From: a virus
Direction: 5' to 3' (one strand)
IMG/VR virus record: IMGVR_UViG_3300027896_000011
Span: 103,998 to 167,997 of that record
DNA length: 64,000 bases
Shown here: positions 1 through 8,127 of the stretch, one piece after another
Layout: every line of letters starts with the position of its first letter
How positions within the stretch are numbered: position 1 is the first letter of the stretch
The notes under the pieces: generated by a model
What the model was told of the DNA's origin: nothing
Databases searched by the model: none
The model's input: only the letters and a program-made list of their open reading frames with translations
Made by a program: the position numbers and the translations under genes

Positions 1-342
1 TTCTGTGAGCTGTACCCCACAAAAGACATACTCTGCCCCCAATAACCCGATGGAATTGAAACAATTGGTGCAGCGTACACAGTACGCACAACCGCAACAA
101 TATTTGCAGTCACTGCAATTAGTGCAACTCAAACACAATTCACAATACGCACAAATACTGCACTGTAGGCAATTTATACAGTAACCGCACGTGGTACAGT
201 GCAAACAATTGAAACAGTTATTACACAGAATGCATTCTAAACAATTTTTGCATTCAGTGTTATTTGTTATTTTAAGATTAACTTCCTTCGCAAATTTTTG
301 TAACTCTTCTGTGTTTGCTGCGACTATCTGTTCTCTAGTCAT
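1..342 (-). CDS. Cys-rich CxxC-repeat protein (runs off the window edge)
   Basis: ATG at 342; translation MTREQIVAAN...TECKNCLECILCNNCFNCLHCTTCGYCINCLQC... stays open to base 1, with Cys at every third residue. Confidence 0.75.
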   Translation of the reverse strand, partial: MTREQIVAANTEELQKFAKEVNLKITNNTECKNCLECILCNNCFNCLHCTTCGYCINCLQCSICAYCELCLSCTNCSDCKYCCGCAYCVRCTNCFNSIGLLGAEYVFCGVQLTE

Positions 343-520
343 TTGGTTCTCCGTTTTTTGGTTTCTTTGGTTTTTTATCACGAAGTTTTTCCATGCATTT
401 CTTGCAAAAGCTCAAAGGTCTGCCGGTAGAGGGTGAGCAGATCATCTTGTCTCCTGTAAAGTCCTCCTTGCACTCATAACAATGGAAGAGATTTACTGAG
501 GACGGTAACCCTTTTAACAT
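335..520 (-). CDS. small Zn-finger-like hypothetical protein
   Basis: CYEC and CKKC pairs; RBS GGAGG upstream; overlaps the next start. Confidence 0.6.
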   Translation of the reverse strand: MLKGLPSSVNLFHCYECKEDFTGDKMICSPSTGRPLSFCKKCMEKLRDKKPKKPKNGEPND

Positions 521-758
521 TCCCCTACCTCCGGTTTATGTATTTCTTTAGGAGCATTTGTGCTCCTGCCATCAATAACCCGTAGGCTACTGACCCTGTC
601 AGAATCCAAATTATCATGTGGTTCTCCATTGGTTGTCTCCGGTTATCCGCCGGAGAGAATAATGAGAATTACTTACTGTTCATTCTCATACATATTACTT
701 ATCCCCGTTTATCCCTTCTTATTTACACTCTTCCGGCCGGATAGAATATGGATAAAGA

Positions 759-791
759 AAAGGACAGGGGTGCTGTATTCCCCTGTCCTTT
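759..791 (-). terminator. intrinsic terminator hairpin
   Basis: aaaggacagggg/cccctgtccttt stem downstream of the minus-strand operon. Confidence 0.65.
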
Positions 792-821
792 ACTCTTAAT
801 CGGCCGGATAAAGAAGTATTA

Positions 822-1055
822 TTATGATTTTATTTTCTTTGCTGCACCTATATGTTCCCCACGCTCTATAGAGATTGCTAAGCCACTTCCAGTTCGCATT
901 GGCCAATTATGTATATACGCCAACAGATCAGCACGCTCTGGAAGTCGACCATAGTGGCAACACTCGTGCTCCACTACTCCATTGAAGTCATTCCACTCGT
1001 CCTCTGGTCCGGCGGATAGGACCGCAATTTCCTGCTTGCAGATTGCGCATTTCAT
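822..1055 (-). CDS. MKCAIC...IERGEH family small protein
   Basis: Near-duplicate of 23565-23786; ATGA overlap. Confidence 0.75.
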   Translation of the reverse strand: MKCAICKQEIAVLSAGPEDEWNDFNGVVEHECCHYGRLPERADLLAYIHNWPMRTGSGLAISIERGEHIGAAKKIKS

Positions 1056-1303
1056 GGCTTGAACCTCTCAGCCATCCCTTCGTGTAGTCCTCGTTCAATT
1101 ATTTCCGCTACTTGGCCGGATGTAAAAATAGAAGATACTGATCGTAATAATGCCAATACATCAGCACGTTCTTTTTTAACTGCATCTTGCACTAACTGGC
1201 AATTCACATGTGTGATGATGCCTTCCTTTTCTTCATCCCCTGGAGTGGTACAAGCACCAGCCCATGGCAAATCTATATGTTGTTTACAGATTGCGCATTT
1301 CAT
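1052..1303 (-). CDS. MKCAIC...IERG.H family small protein
   Basis: Start MKCAICKQ at 1303; ERADV and IIERGLH motifs. Confidence 0.75.
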   Translation of the reverse strand: MKCAICKQHIDLPWAGACTTPGDEEKEGIITHVNCQLVQDAVKKERADVLALLRSVSSIFTSGQVAEIIERGLHEGMAERFKP

Positions 1304-1488
1304 GGCCTGCTTCTTCTCTCGAAACGCCAAATCACACAGTCGTCTTTGGTTTGCTCGACCAAAACGCATTCTTCTATGGGCGCGCCAGTCTCCATAAGGA
1401 ATGCCCACAGCAGCGCGTTTTGAAATCGCAGGCGCACACCAGATGCCTCCTGCATTAGATTCGTCGTGCAAAGCTCCAGCAACGTCAT
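1300..1488 (-). CDS. hypothetical protein
   Basis: ATGA-coupled ORF in the operon. Confidence 0.5.
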   Translation of the reverse strand: MTLLELCTTNLMQEASGVRLRFQNALLWAFLMETGAPIEECVLVEQTKDDCVIWRFERRSRP

Positions 1489-1573
1489 GGCCTGCACCAC
1501 ACTTCAATCACGACCGTCGCGCAGAATGCAGCGGCAACCAGGGCGAAGCCGAGCGCGGGGCGCGCGTCGTATG

Positions 1574-1753
1574 TCATGGCTTCACCTTTCCCGCTGCGCC
1601 TACGTGCTCGCCGCGCTTCTTCAGCTCGACGTCGCACTCTTCGTGCCCATTCGGCATCACCGTCTCGTGCGCGGAGACAATCCCGTGCTGGCGGATGATC
1701 GCGAGCACTGGCTTCCTGGCAGGCACCGGCTTGCCGCAAATTGCACAATTCAT
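1574..1753 (-). CDS. MNCAIC...RGEHVGAA family small protein (59 aa)
   Basis: Manually translated MNCAICGKPVP...KKRGEHVGAAGKVKP; RBS AAGGAGG. Confidence 0.7.
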   Translation of the reverse strand: MNCAICGKPVPARKPVLAIIRQHGIVSAHETVMPNGHEECDVELKKRGEHVGAAGKVKP

Positions 1754-1787
1754 TGTTCCTCCTTCATGTCCGCATAGTCTGCGCGCT

Positions 1788-2027
1788 TCATGGCTTCATC
1801 TCTGCTGTAGTATATGTCCACAATTTGTAGCGTAAAACGATTGCGTCATCAGTAAGCTCTTTGTCCGGAGTTGAAGAGAGTTCATTTTTAATCGATTTAA
1901 TGAACTCGATCAAATCTTCTAGAGCTTTTAATCGAGTTGTGCCCGTTCCTATTAAATCTAAGTACTTATCATGGGCCGTCCATATTCCTGGTCCATGGTC
2001 AATCAGTTCAATACTCATGGCCGCCAC
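1788..2027 (-). CDS. hypothetical protein
   Basis: ORF coupled in the operon. Confidence 0.55.
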   Translation of the reverse strand: MAAMSIELIDHGPGIWTAHDKYLDLIGTGTTRLKALEDLIEFIKSIKNELSSTPDKELTDDAIVLRYKLWTYTTAEMKP

Positions 2028-2488
2028 GCTATCGTTGCCTCATAGCTTTCATTTGCGCACTCTTTTTCTCTTTCGATGTCTGCATCACTATTTTTCTTTT
2101 GTGCTTCTTGTTTGCGCGTATCTAAGCATTTTACATGACTTCTATGCCCACACTGATTGCAACGATATACTAAGCACTCTATCGCATCAATTGGATGTGA
2201 AGTGTATACCCCTGGACCGGATGGAAATTGATATGACGGGCCAGTAAATCCATTGGCACCGCACTTTTGGCATTTAGCTGAGTGCTCTTCTAGAAGCAGA
2301 GGCACAGTTTCTTCTTTGACTTGCGTCTGAATGCACTCAGGCAGACGTATTGCCCAGCGTGGCTCAGAGGGGTCACGCTCGCGGAGTATTTGATCGAACA
2401 TTTTACACTTTAGTGGTTTGCTAACAAGAAACTGGCAATGCCCACAGGTTTTTTCTTCGCAATTGATGTTAAATGAGATTCTTTTCAT
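2015..2488 (-). CDS. Cys-rich hypothetical protein
   Basis: N-terminal INC..KTCG.C.F motif shared with the 27803 and 27994 ORFs. Confidence 0.65.
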   Translation of the reverse strand: MKRISFNINCEEKTCGHCQFLVSKPLKCKMFDQILRERDPSEPRWAIRLPECIQTQVKEETVPLLLEEHSAKCQKCGANGFTGPSYQFPSGPGVYTSHPIDAIECLVYRCNQCGHRSHVKCLDTRKQEAQKKNSDADIEREKECANESYEATIAWRP

Positions 2489-2687
2489 GTTCTCGTCCTT
2501 TCTATTTCAAAGACTAAGTACCAGCGTTATTGTAATGACGTTGGAAACTTTGGCGAAGGCTCGCACCATTTACGAATAACCATAATCAGCAGTACAAGAG
2601 GCCAAATCAGAAAAGTCTTAATGGCCATCTTTTTTGGGTGTGGTTCAGCCATGTTTTCCTTTCCTAATCCGCCGGAGAATAGAGGAG

Positions 2688-3344
2688 TTATGCTTTTATA
2701 AGTTTACCTTCTCCATCACAACGATAAAGTACATTCGGCTCAATTCCATTTTCTCCTACATACCCTACCGTGATTCTACGTCTTCCACTGTCATACCAGT
2801 CTAATGCTATGACTCCCCTTTCTCCTGCCGCTGCTCGTGAAAAGTATCCTCCTATATTCTTTGAGTGCTCTCCTCCTATATTTATTGAATGCCTTCCTCC
2901 TATATTCTCTGAATAATCTCCTCCTATATTGCCAGCATTTTCTGTATTGAGACTGTAGGCTATAGCTTTATTCTGCCCTCCATGGTTCTTTATGAACTTA
3001 GTAGCCTCATATTGATCACCACAGAATACAACGTTTCCATATGGAAATTTGATCTTATCGCCGTCTATATTTACTACTTTTTGTAAAGACACTTCTACAA
3101 CCAACCATTTTGCGTCTTTATCCCCTGCTAGAAATGCGCCAATACCTTCCCCCCAAAGCAGCCCATGAAGGCCATGCCCACAATATGGTTGTGGGCTCCA
3201 ATCATCACACTTCACCGGACCAGAAGAAGGCCATTGAAAGCTACCGTAATTACTTTGTAAGTTTTGATCACATGTGCGAAGTACTAATGCTTTGCCTCTA
3301 GGCAGCTTATAGGCCGTTTCTTTTTGTGTTTTCTTTTTTGTCAT
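2688..3344 (-). CDS. phage protein, DUF7666-like N-terminal domain plus 8-aa NIGG repeats
   Basis: FQWP..G.V...DW.....CG.GLHG motif; NIGGxxSx repeats; C-terminal YVGENGIEPNVLYR. Confidence 0.7.
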   Translation of the reverse strand: MTKKKTQKETAYKLPRGKALVLRTCDQNLQSNYGSFQWPSSGPVKCDDWSPQPYCGHGLHGLLWGEGIGAFLAGDKDAKWLVVEVSLQKVVNIDGDKIKFPYGNVVFCGDQYEATKFIKNHGGQNKAIAYSLNTENAGNIGGDYSENIGGRHSINIGGEHSKNIGGYFSRAAAGERGVIALDWYDSGRRRITVGYVGENGIEPNVLYRCDGEGKLIKA

Positions 3345-3960
3345 TGTTTTGTCCTTTGATCATTACAAGGGTATTGTTGCTTCATATGATTCTTATCCCT
3401 GTTATACGTTCTTTTTTGCTGATGAAGCTCTACTAAGACTCATCACTCTTTCCCGGCCGGAGAATAGAGGAAGATTGATACGTGGAGAGTATGGTTCTCT
3501 TCCTGTACTTCCCTAATTCTCCCCATACTCTCCCATTTCCTAATCGGCCGGATAAAGGAGAGAGGGATGTTGGGGGTGGGGATTACTGCTCTTCTATATA
3601 CTACCCATATCCAGTTTCTTCTTGTGCGAGGCGTAAATGATTTCATTTTTTCAGAGAGTTGGTCAGGTTTTTTACAATAGAAAGTATTTATCTGGATGAT
3701 GATCAATTTTATAACGCACTTCCAAATTCCTTAATGATATCATATAGTTAAGTCACTTAGATCTGAATCTTAAAATGGTAATTTCTAAGTGCTTAATATT
3801 ATTTGCTTATTAATTGTGTTTGAGCTATTATTTAAAAAGATTTATGAGGCATTTATTATGAGAGCTGAAGGCATATTACCAATCGATTAGGAAAGGGGAG
3901 ACTTTATCAATCTTTTCTTAACCTATTTACACTGGGAGAGGCATCATCAAGGAGGAGCAT

Positions 3961-4155
3961 ATGTACAGAACAACGACACAGAGCAACATCAAACCAATAC
4001 ACAAACATACACTAATGATCATATCACCGGGATATGAGGAACAAGAAACAGTAGCAAGGTGTACAGCATGTGATCACATCATATTAATAGAAGCCGGAGA
4101 AACTGAAGAAGTTAATACTTTCAGTTATTCCCGGTCTAGTGATTATAAAAACTAA
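3961..4155 (+). CDS. hypothetical protein
   Basis: Strong RBS AAGGAGG; CTAC motif. Confidence 0.5.
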   Translation: MYRTTTQSNIKPIHKHTLMIISPGYEEQETVARCTACDHIILIEAGETEEVNTFSYSRSSDYKN

Positions 4156-4283
4156 GATATAATTAGCTGATCATAAATATGAAAGTATTTGTGTGCCCAG
4201 TTAGCTATATCCTGTTGAAAAGAGCCACCCTTATTGACCCAGGGTCGGGAGTATTAGGAACTGTAGATGACTTGACATAACAT

Positions 4284-4389
4284 GTCATGATCTACACAGG
4301 GTAGGAGGTATTAGATATTTTGATTGATCTAACTTAACGAGTCATGATCTACATAGGGTAGTTATTGCTGGGTATTTTATTTGATCTAA
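4284..4389. repeat. two-copy imperfect direct repeat, 57-bp period
   Basis: gtcatgatctaca.agggtag...tatttt..ttgatctaa at 4284 and 4341. Confidence 0.75.
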
Positions 4390-4606
4390 TCCATGCAATA
4401 TTGCCTGATCAATCTGATTAATAAAGTATTTAAGTAATCAAGCAGGTAATCTCGGTATGGTAAAAATTTAGGGTATACACAATATGCCCCCAGCCTCAAC
4501 TGGATATAATACTCTTTATCTATTCCGGCGGAGAAAGAAGGGGAGGATGTGAGGTATAAGGAATGTGTAGAGGGAGTTTGGCACTCAATCAAAAGGGGGA
4601 ATAGAA

Positions 4607-4792
4607 ATGTTCAACAAGGTCAAAGTGTTTCATGCAACCACCCGGAGGAATAGGGAGCTACTAGGAGATGTGATCACTGAGTGGTTAAGGAGCTCTGAAG
4701 AAGAAGTAATAGATTATCAGGTTAGACAAACATCAGATAGAGAGTATCACTGTGTCAGTCTGGTATTTTTTCTAAAAGGACAAAACACATAA
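4607..4792 (+). CDS. small conserved protein resembling a myxobacterial family
   Basis: VKVF.AT...RE.LG..IT.WL...Q.SD.EYHC.S pattern, recognised from memory. Confidence 0.7.
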   Translation: MFNKVKVFHATTRRNRELLGDVITEWLRSSEEEVIDYQVRQTSDREYHCVSLVFFLKGQNT

Positions 4793-4868
4793 GACATTCA
4801 GAACTGAATAGAACAAATGGATTATTCCATTTGTTTTAGCCATCTTTCAGAAATTTTAACATTCTTCG

Positions 4869-4876
4869 GGTATAAG
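4869..4876 (+). promoter_or_regulatory. GGTATAAG promoter element of the Cas7-like gene and array
   Basis: The same motif lies upstream of many genes in the window on the matching strand. Confidence 0.6.
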
Positions 4877-4941
4877 TATAAAAGTAGTAAGGATATTCAA
4901 TTATGAAAGACCTCAACTACGTTTAGACCAAGGAGAGTGAC

Positions 4942-5604
4942 ATGATCAAAGTGGACGTTAAAACAATTGATGTAATAATTCAAGGCAAGCCTGGAAGCCC
5001 ATTAGTTATCCATCAGTTCGGAGAAAAGGTAAAAGAAGAGATACGAAGAAAGCAACAGAAGAAGGCTAAAGCTAAGAAAGATGATCGCCACCCAGAACAA
5101 GAATTTCTAGACGCTCGATACATCAATGATAAAGGACAAGAGTGTGCGCCGATAACAGCATTGAAAAAGTGTATGGTAGCAGCTGGAACGGCTATGGATA
5201 ATCTGACTAAGGTAGCTATTCGGCAGGCATTGTTTGTAATGCCACCAGAAGATACTGCCTCATGGTTGGTGCCGATAAAGACATTGGATGGTAAAGATGC
5301 GGTTGGAGTTATGCGTGAAGACGCTGTGACAATTGGAATTAACACTCGAGGATTAGCCTATCGACCGTGTTATGATCAGTGGCAATTGAAGGTACGGGTA
5401 GAGTATAATCCCAGATTGATATCGAAAGACCAGTTGGAGAGTTTAATAGCGCATGCTGGGTGGGGAGTTGGGTTATGTGAGGGTAGGCCAGAGAGGACGA
5501 GTGCCTTAGGGTGGGGGAGGTTTGATGTAGTCAGTGTTGAAGCTGTTTCAGATGTTCCACCTGGTGGGGTAGAGCATAAGAATAAGATAGAGATTGCGGC
5601 ATAG
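4942..5604 (+). CDS. stand-alone Cas7/RAMP-superfamily RNA-binding protein (Vipr-like)
   Basis: RAMP hallmarks: N-terminal strand IDVIIQG..SPLVIH, P..ALKKCM helix, YRP.Y.QW strand, C-terminal Gly-rich loop AGWGVGLCEGRP...GWGRFDV; RBS AAGGAG. Confidence 0.75.
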   Translation: MIKVDVKTIDVIIQGKPGSPLVIHQFGEKVKEEIRRKQQKKAKAKKDDRHPEQEFLDARYINDKGQECAPITALKKCMVAAGTAMDNLTKVAIRQALFVMPPEDTASWLVPIKTLDGKDAVGVMREDAVTIGINTRGLAYRPCYDQWQLKVRVEYNPRLISKDQLESLIAHAGWGVGLCEGRPERTSALGWGRFDVVSVEAVSDVPPGGVEHKNKIEIAA

Positions 5605-5611
5605 AATAAAA

Positions 5612-6215
5612 GGTATGGCAGGTACGATTGGGTGCTGAGCAGTAATGTGTTGTATTGTTAGGTAAGGCAGGAGAGGTGAAGTGCAGTATTAAGTGGTCGA
5701 GTAAAATTTGGTAAGGCAGGAGAGGTGAGGTCTAGTGTTAAGTGGTCGAGTCTGATAAGGTGATGTGAGACAGGTGAGGTATAGTGTTAAGTGGTCGAGT
5801 CTGATAAGGTTTAGTGAGGCAGGAGTGGTGGGGAGCGATTAAGTGATGTGAGGTCGAGTGAGGCAGGAAAGGTAAAGTCGGGTTTTGTGTTTTCCAGTTG
5901 AGTAAGATTAGGCAGGACTGGTGCGATTGTGTGAGGTATGATCAAGTGATATAAGGTTTGGCAGGAAAGGTGAGATAGAGTCAGATAATGTGTTGTATTG
6001 TTAGGTAAGGCAGGACTGGTGTTATCTAGTGAGATGGAGCATTATGAGGTATGGTTTAGTGCTATAAGGTTTGGCAGGACTGGCGAAGTGAAGTTTTGTG
6101 AGGTACGGTTAAGTAAGGCAGGAATGGTTTAGTGGCGTGGGGTGTGATCTTTGAGATGTAAGATTTGGCAGGTGGAGTGAGGTCCAGTAATATTTAGTGA
6201 AGTGAACCTAGGTAA
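5612..6215 (+). ncRNA. pentamer-periodic guide-like RNA array: 12 units of GGCA+(DRT-NN)8-12
   Basis: GGCAGG (one GACAGG) at 5617,5666,5715,5769,5818,5862,5911,5960,6009,6073,6117,6167. Spacings are 49,49,54,49,44,49,49,49,64,44,50, i.e. 4+5n except one +1 insertion. No ORF >=60 aa. Confidence 0.85.
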
Positions 6216-6220
6216 GGGAA

Positions 6221-6266
6221 TAGGTGTTGATTAAAACCAATTGGTTTTAATCAACACCTATTTTTA
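6221..6266 (+). terminator. perfect palindromic intrinsic terminator closing the array
   Basis: taggtgttgattaaaacc-aatt-ggttttaatcaacaccta followed by a T-run. Confidence 0.85.
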
Positions 6267-6360
6267 TTTAACCCCCTTCCGGCAAATAAGGAGGATAATT
6301 GAGGTATAAGAAACATATGTGAACTTACTCATATATCTTTTGTGTAGTAGAAAGGATAAT

Positions 6361-6897
6361 ATGCCAAAGGGTGATACCAGAGTCTCTCGAGGGTTTAAAC
6401 CCGACCTGTGTGTTCAATGTAGAACTGGGTTAAGACCCAATCAGATTAAGCTATTCGACCCGAAATGTGAGGGTTGCTATCTCAAAAAGAAAAATGGTCT
6501 ACGAACTGGAACTGAACCAATTCCAAAAAGAAGACTCGGAGAGAAGTTCATAGACTATACAAAATTGAAGAAACAAAGAGACGCATTAGCTAGAGCAAAA
6601 AACCCAATAAAGGAGAGGACCATGTTTACAACATTGATACTATCAGCAATTCTATCGGTAACCCCGGCAAATGATGAAGAGTTAAGGTATGGCAATCCAT
6701 TCAACTCAATAACGGTATCGGCGTTCTATATTAATCCGTTTGAAACAACGGAAGAGAGATTAACTAAATTAGAGAAAGAGCTCATTAAGGATATGCCTTT
6801 GTCAGAGACAGAACGTATTGAAATCTATTATCAGGGTATAGCTGAGCAAATAATCTCAGAATTCATTGATACTACAGCAACCTTAGTGAAGTTTTGA
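6361..6897 (+). CDS. hypothetical protein: Zn-finger N-terminus, internal start at 6622 with a signal peptide
   Basis: CVQC/CEGC; internal RBS AAGGAG plus ATG giving MFTTLILSAILS. Confidence 0.6.
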   Translation: MPKGDTRVSRGFKPDLCVQCRTGLRPNQIKLFDPKCEGCYLKKKNGLRTGTEPIPKRRLGEKFIDYTKLKKQRDALARAKNPIKERTMFTTLILSAILSVTPANDEELRYGNPFNSITVSAFYINPFETTEERLTKLEKELIKDMPLSETERIEIYYQGIAEQIISEFIDTTATLVKF

Positions 6898-6906
6898 GGA
6901 GAACAC

Positions 6907-7128
6907 ATGAAGAAGATAAGTAAACGTACCTATGAGAAATTCGTAGCGTTAAATGAGGCAATTGAAAGAGGGCTATTCTGTAACTCTGAATTGGTAGAGG
7001 CGAATAAGGATATAGCTCGCATCTTCAAGACCCTTACCAAAAAAGAAAAGAAGCTTTATGAAGAGAATGCTCAAGGTAGTTTAATCAACTTTGATAAAGA
7101 CACTCTACCAAGGTGTAGAAAGGGGTAA
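6907..7128 (+). CDS. hypothetical protein
   Basis: RBS GAGGAG. Confidence 0.6.
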   Translation: MKKISKRTYEKFVALNEAIERGLFCNSELVEANKDIARIFKTLTKKEKKLYEENAQGSLINFDKDTLPRCRKG

Positions 7129-7129
7129 T

Positions 7130-7534
7130 ATGGGACCATCTATAAAAGAACAAGATGATTGGATATGTTCTATATGTGGACGGAAAAATTATCCAGAATG
7201 GGTTTGTTGTCCATATGATGGAACGAAGTTTGTCCCACCAAAAGTAAAAACAGGTTCTATAAGAGATGAGGACCTTGCACAAATGTTGTTTGAGGTCTTC
7301 TATAATCAGCCTGTTATAGATGATTGGAATGAGTGTACAAGTAGAGTAAAAGAGAGTTGGGTGCGAATTGTTAAGAAGGCTCGTAGTCTGTTAGAAAACA
7401 AAGTCACTATAGAACCTCTCAGCATAAAAGAAGTAGAAGATGTTTACAATGATTGGTTAAAACGTCCTATACACAGTCTCTTAGATTTGATTGAATACGC
7501 TGCAGCAGCACAAAGAGAAAAGTTAACAAAATAA
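7130..7534 (+). CDS. hypothetical protein with N-terminal Zn ribbon
   Basis: WICSICG...CCPYDG. Confidence 0.6.
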   Translation: MGPSIKEQDDWICSICGRKNYPEWVCCPYDGTKFVPPKVKTGSIRDEDLAQMLFEVFYNQPVIDDWNECTSRVKESWVRIVKKARSLLENKVTIEPLSIKEVEDVYNDWLKRPIHSLLDLIEYAAAAQREKLTK

Positions 7535-7599
7535 GCTAAGGAGGTCTATATGTTTGCGTAGGTATATAGACCTCTTAAAGTATCAAGAAAGGACAAAAG

Positions 7600-7926
7600 A
7601 TGAAACTGTTTGAACACTACTTGACACTTTTAGATCGCGATATCGCGACCCTAGAAAAACAACTACAAACCCTATCTAAGATTAAAGCATTACTCACAGC
7701 AGAAACAATAAAGAAAACCACATTCAACTTTGAAGAGGATACTCTACTTAAAGCTTTAATTGACAATAGTATACCTAAAAGCACCACAATAAAGCAATCT
7801 ACAAAAACTACAAAAAAATTCTGTGAGTGTGGTCATGCGCTGCATGGAGCAGAAGGTTGTACTCATCAGCTTGATGAGTTTTCTCGCTGTAATTGTTCTA
7901 AGGTTTTTAATCACACCTCAAGTTGA
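7600..7926 (+). CDS. hypothetical protein
   Basis: RBS; CECGH..H motif. Confidence 0.6.
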   Translation: MKLFEHYLTLLDRDIATLEKQLQTLSKIKALLTAETIKKTTFNFEEDTLLKALIDNSIPKSTTIKQSTKTTKKFCECGHALHGAEGCTHQLDEFSRCNCSKVFNHTSS

Positions 7927-8127
7927 AACAGAGGAAGCATGGACCCGGATGCAAATTTAAAACGACAAAGGCTTCTTCGATCAAAACTTTTAACTCAACC
8001 AGATAACGCCAGATTGGAGATATTTGAAGAATTGTATGAATTGATGGAAGATATGGATGATTGGTTGTCCAACGGTGGGCGTACACCCTATGGTTGGACA
8101 AGCATAGATGATTAGGATAGCACTAAT

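Noticed and set aside
1-342. Diversity-generating retroelement or guide-like periodicity in the Cys repeat
   Set aside because: The 9-nt periodicity is explained by CxxC coding, and no reverse transcriptase or TR/VR pair is seen in the window.
5612-6215. Canonical CRISPR array or protein-coding repeat
   Set aside because: There is no 23-47-nt direct repeat with unique spacers; the only fixed word is GGCAGG. A 5-nt period is incompatible with codons, and no ORF >=60 aa is present on either strand.
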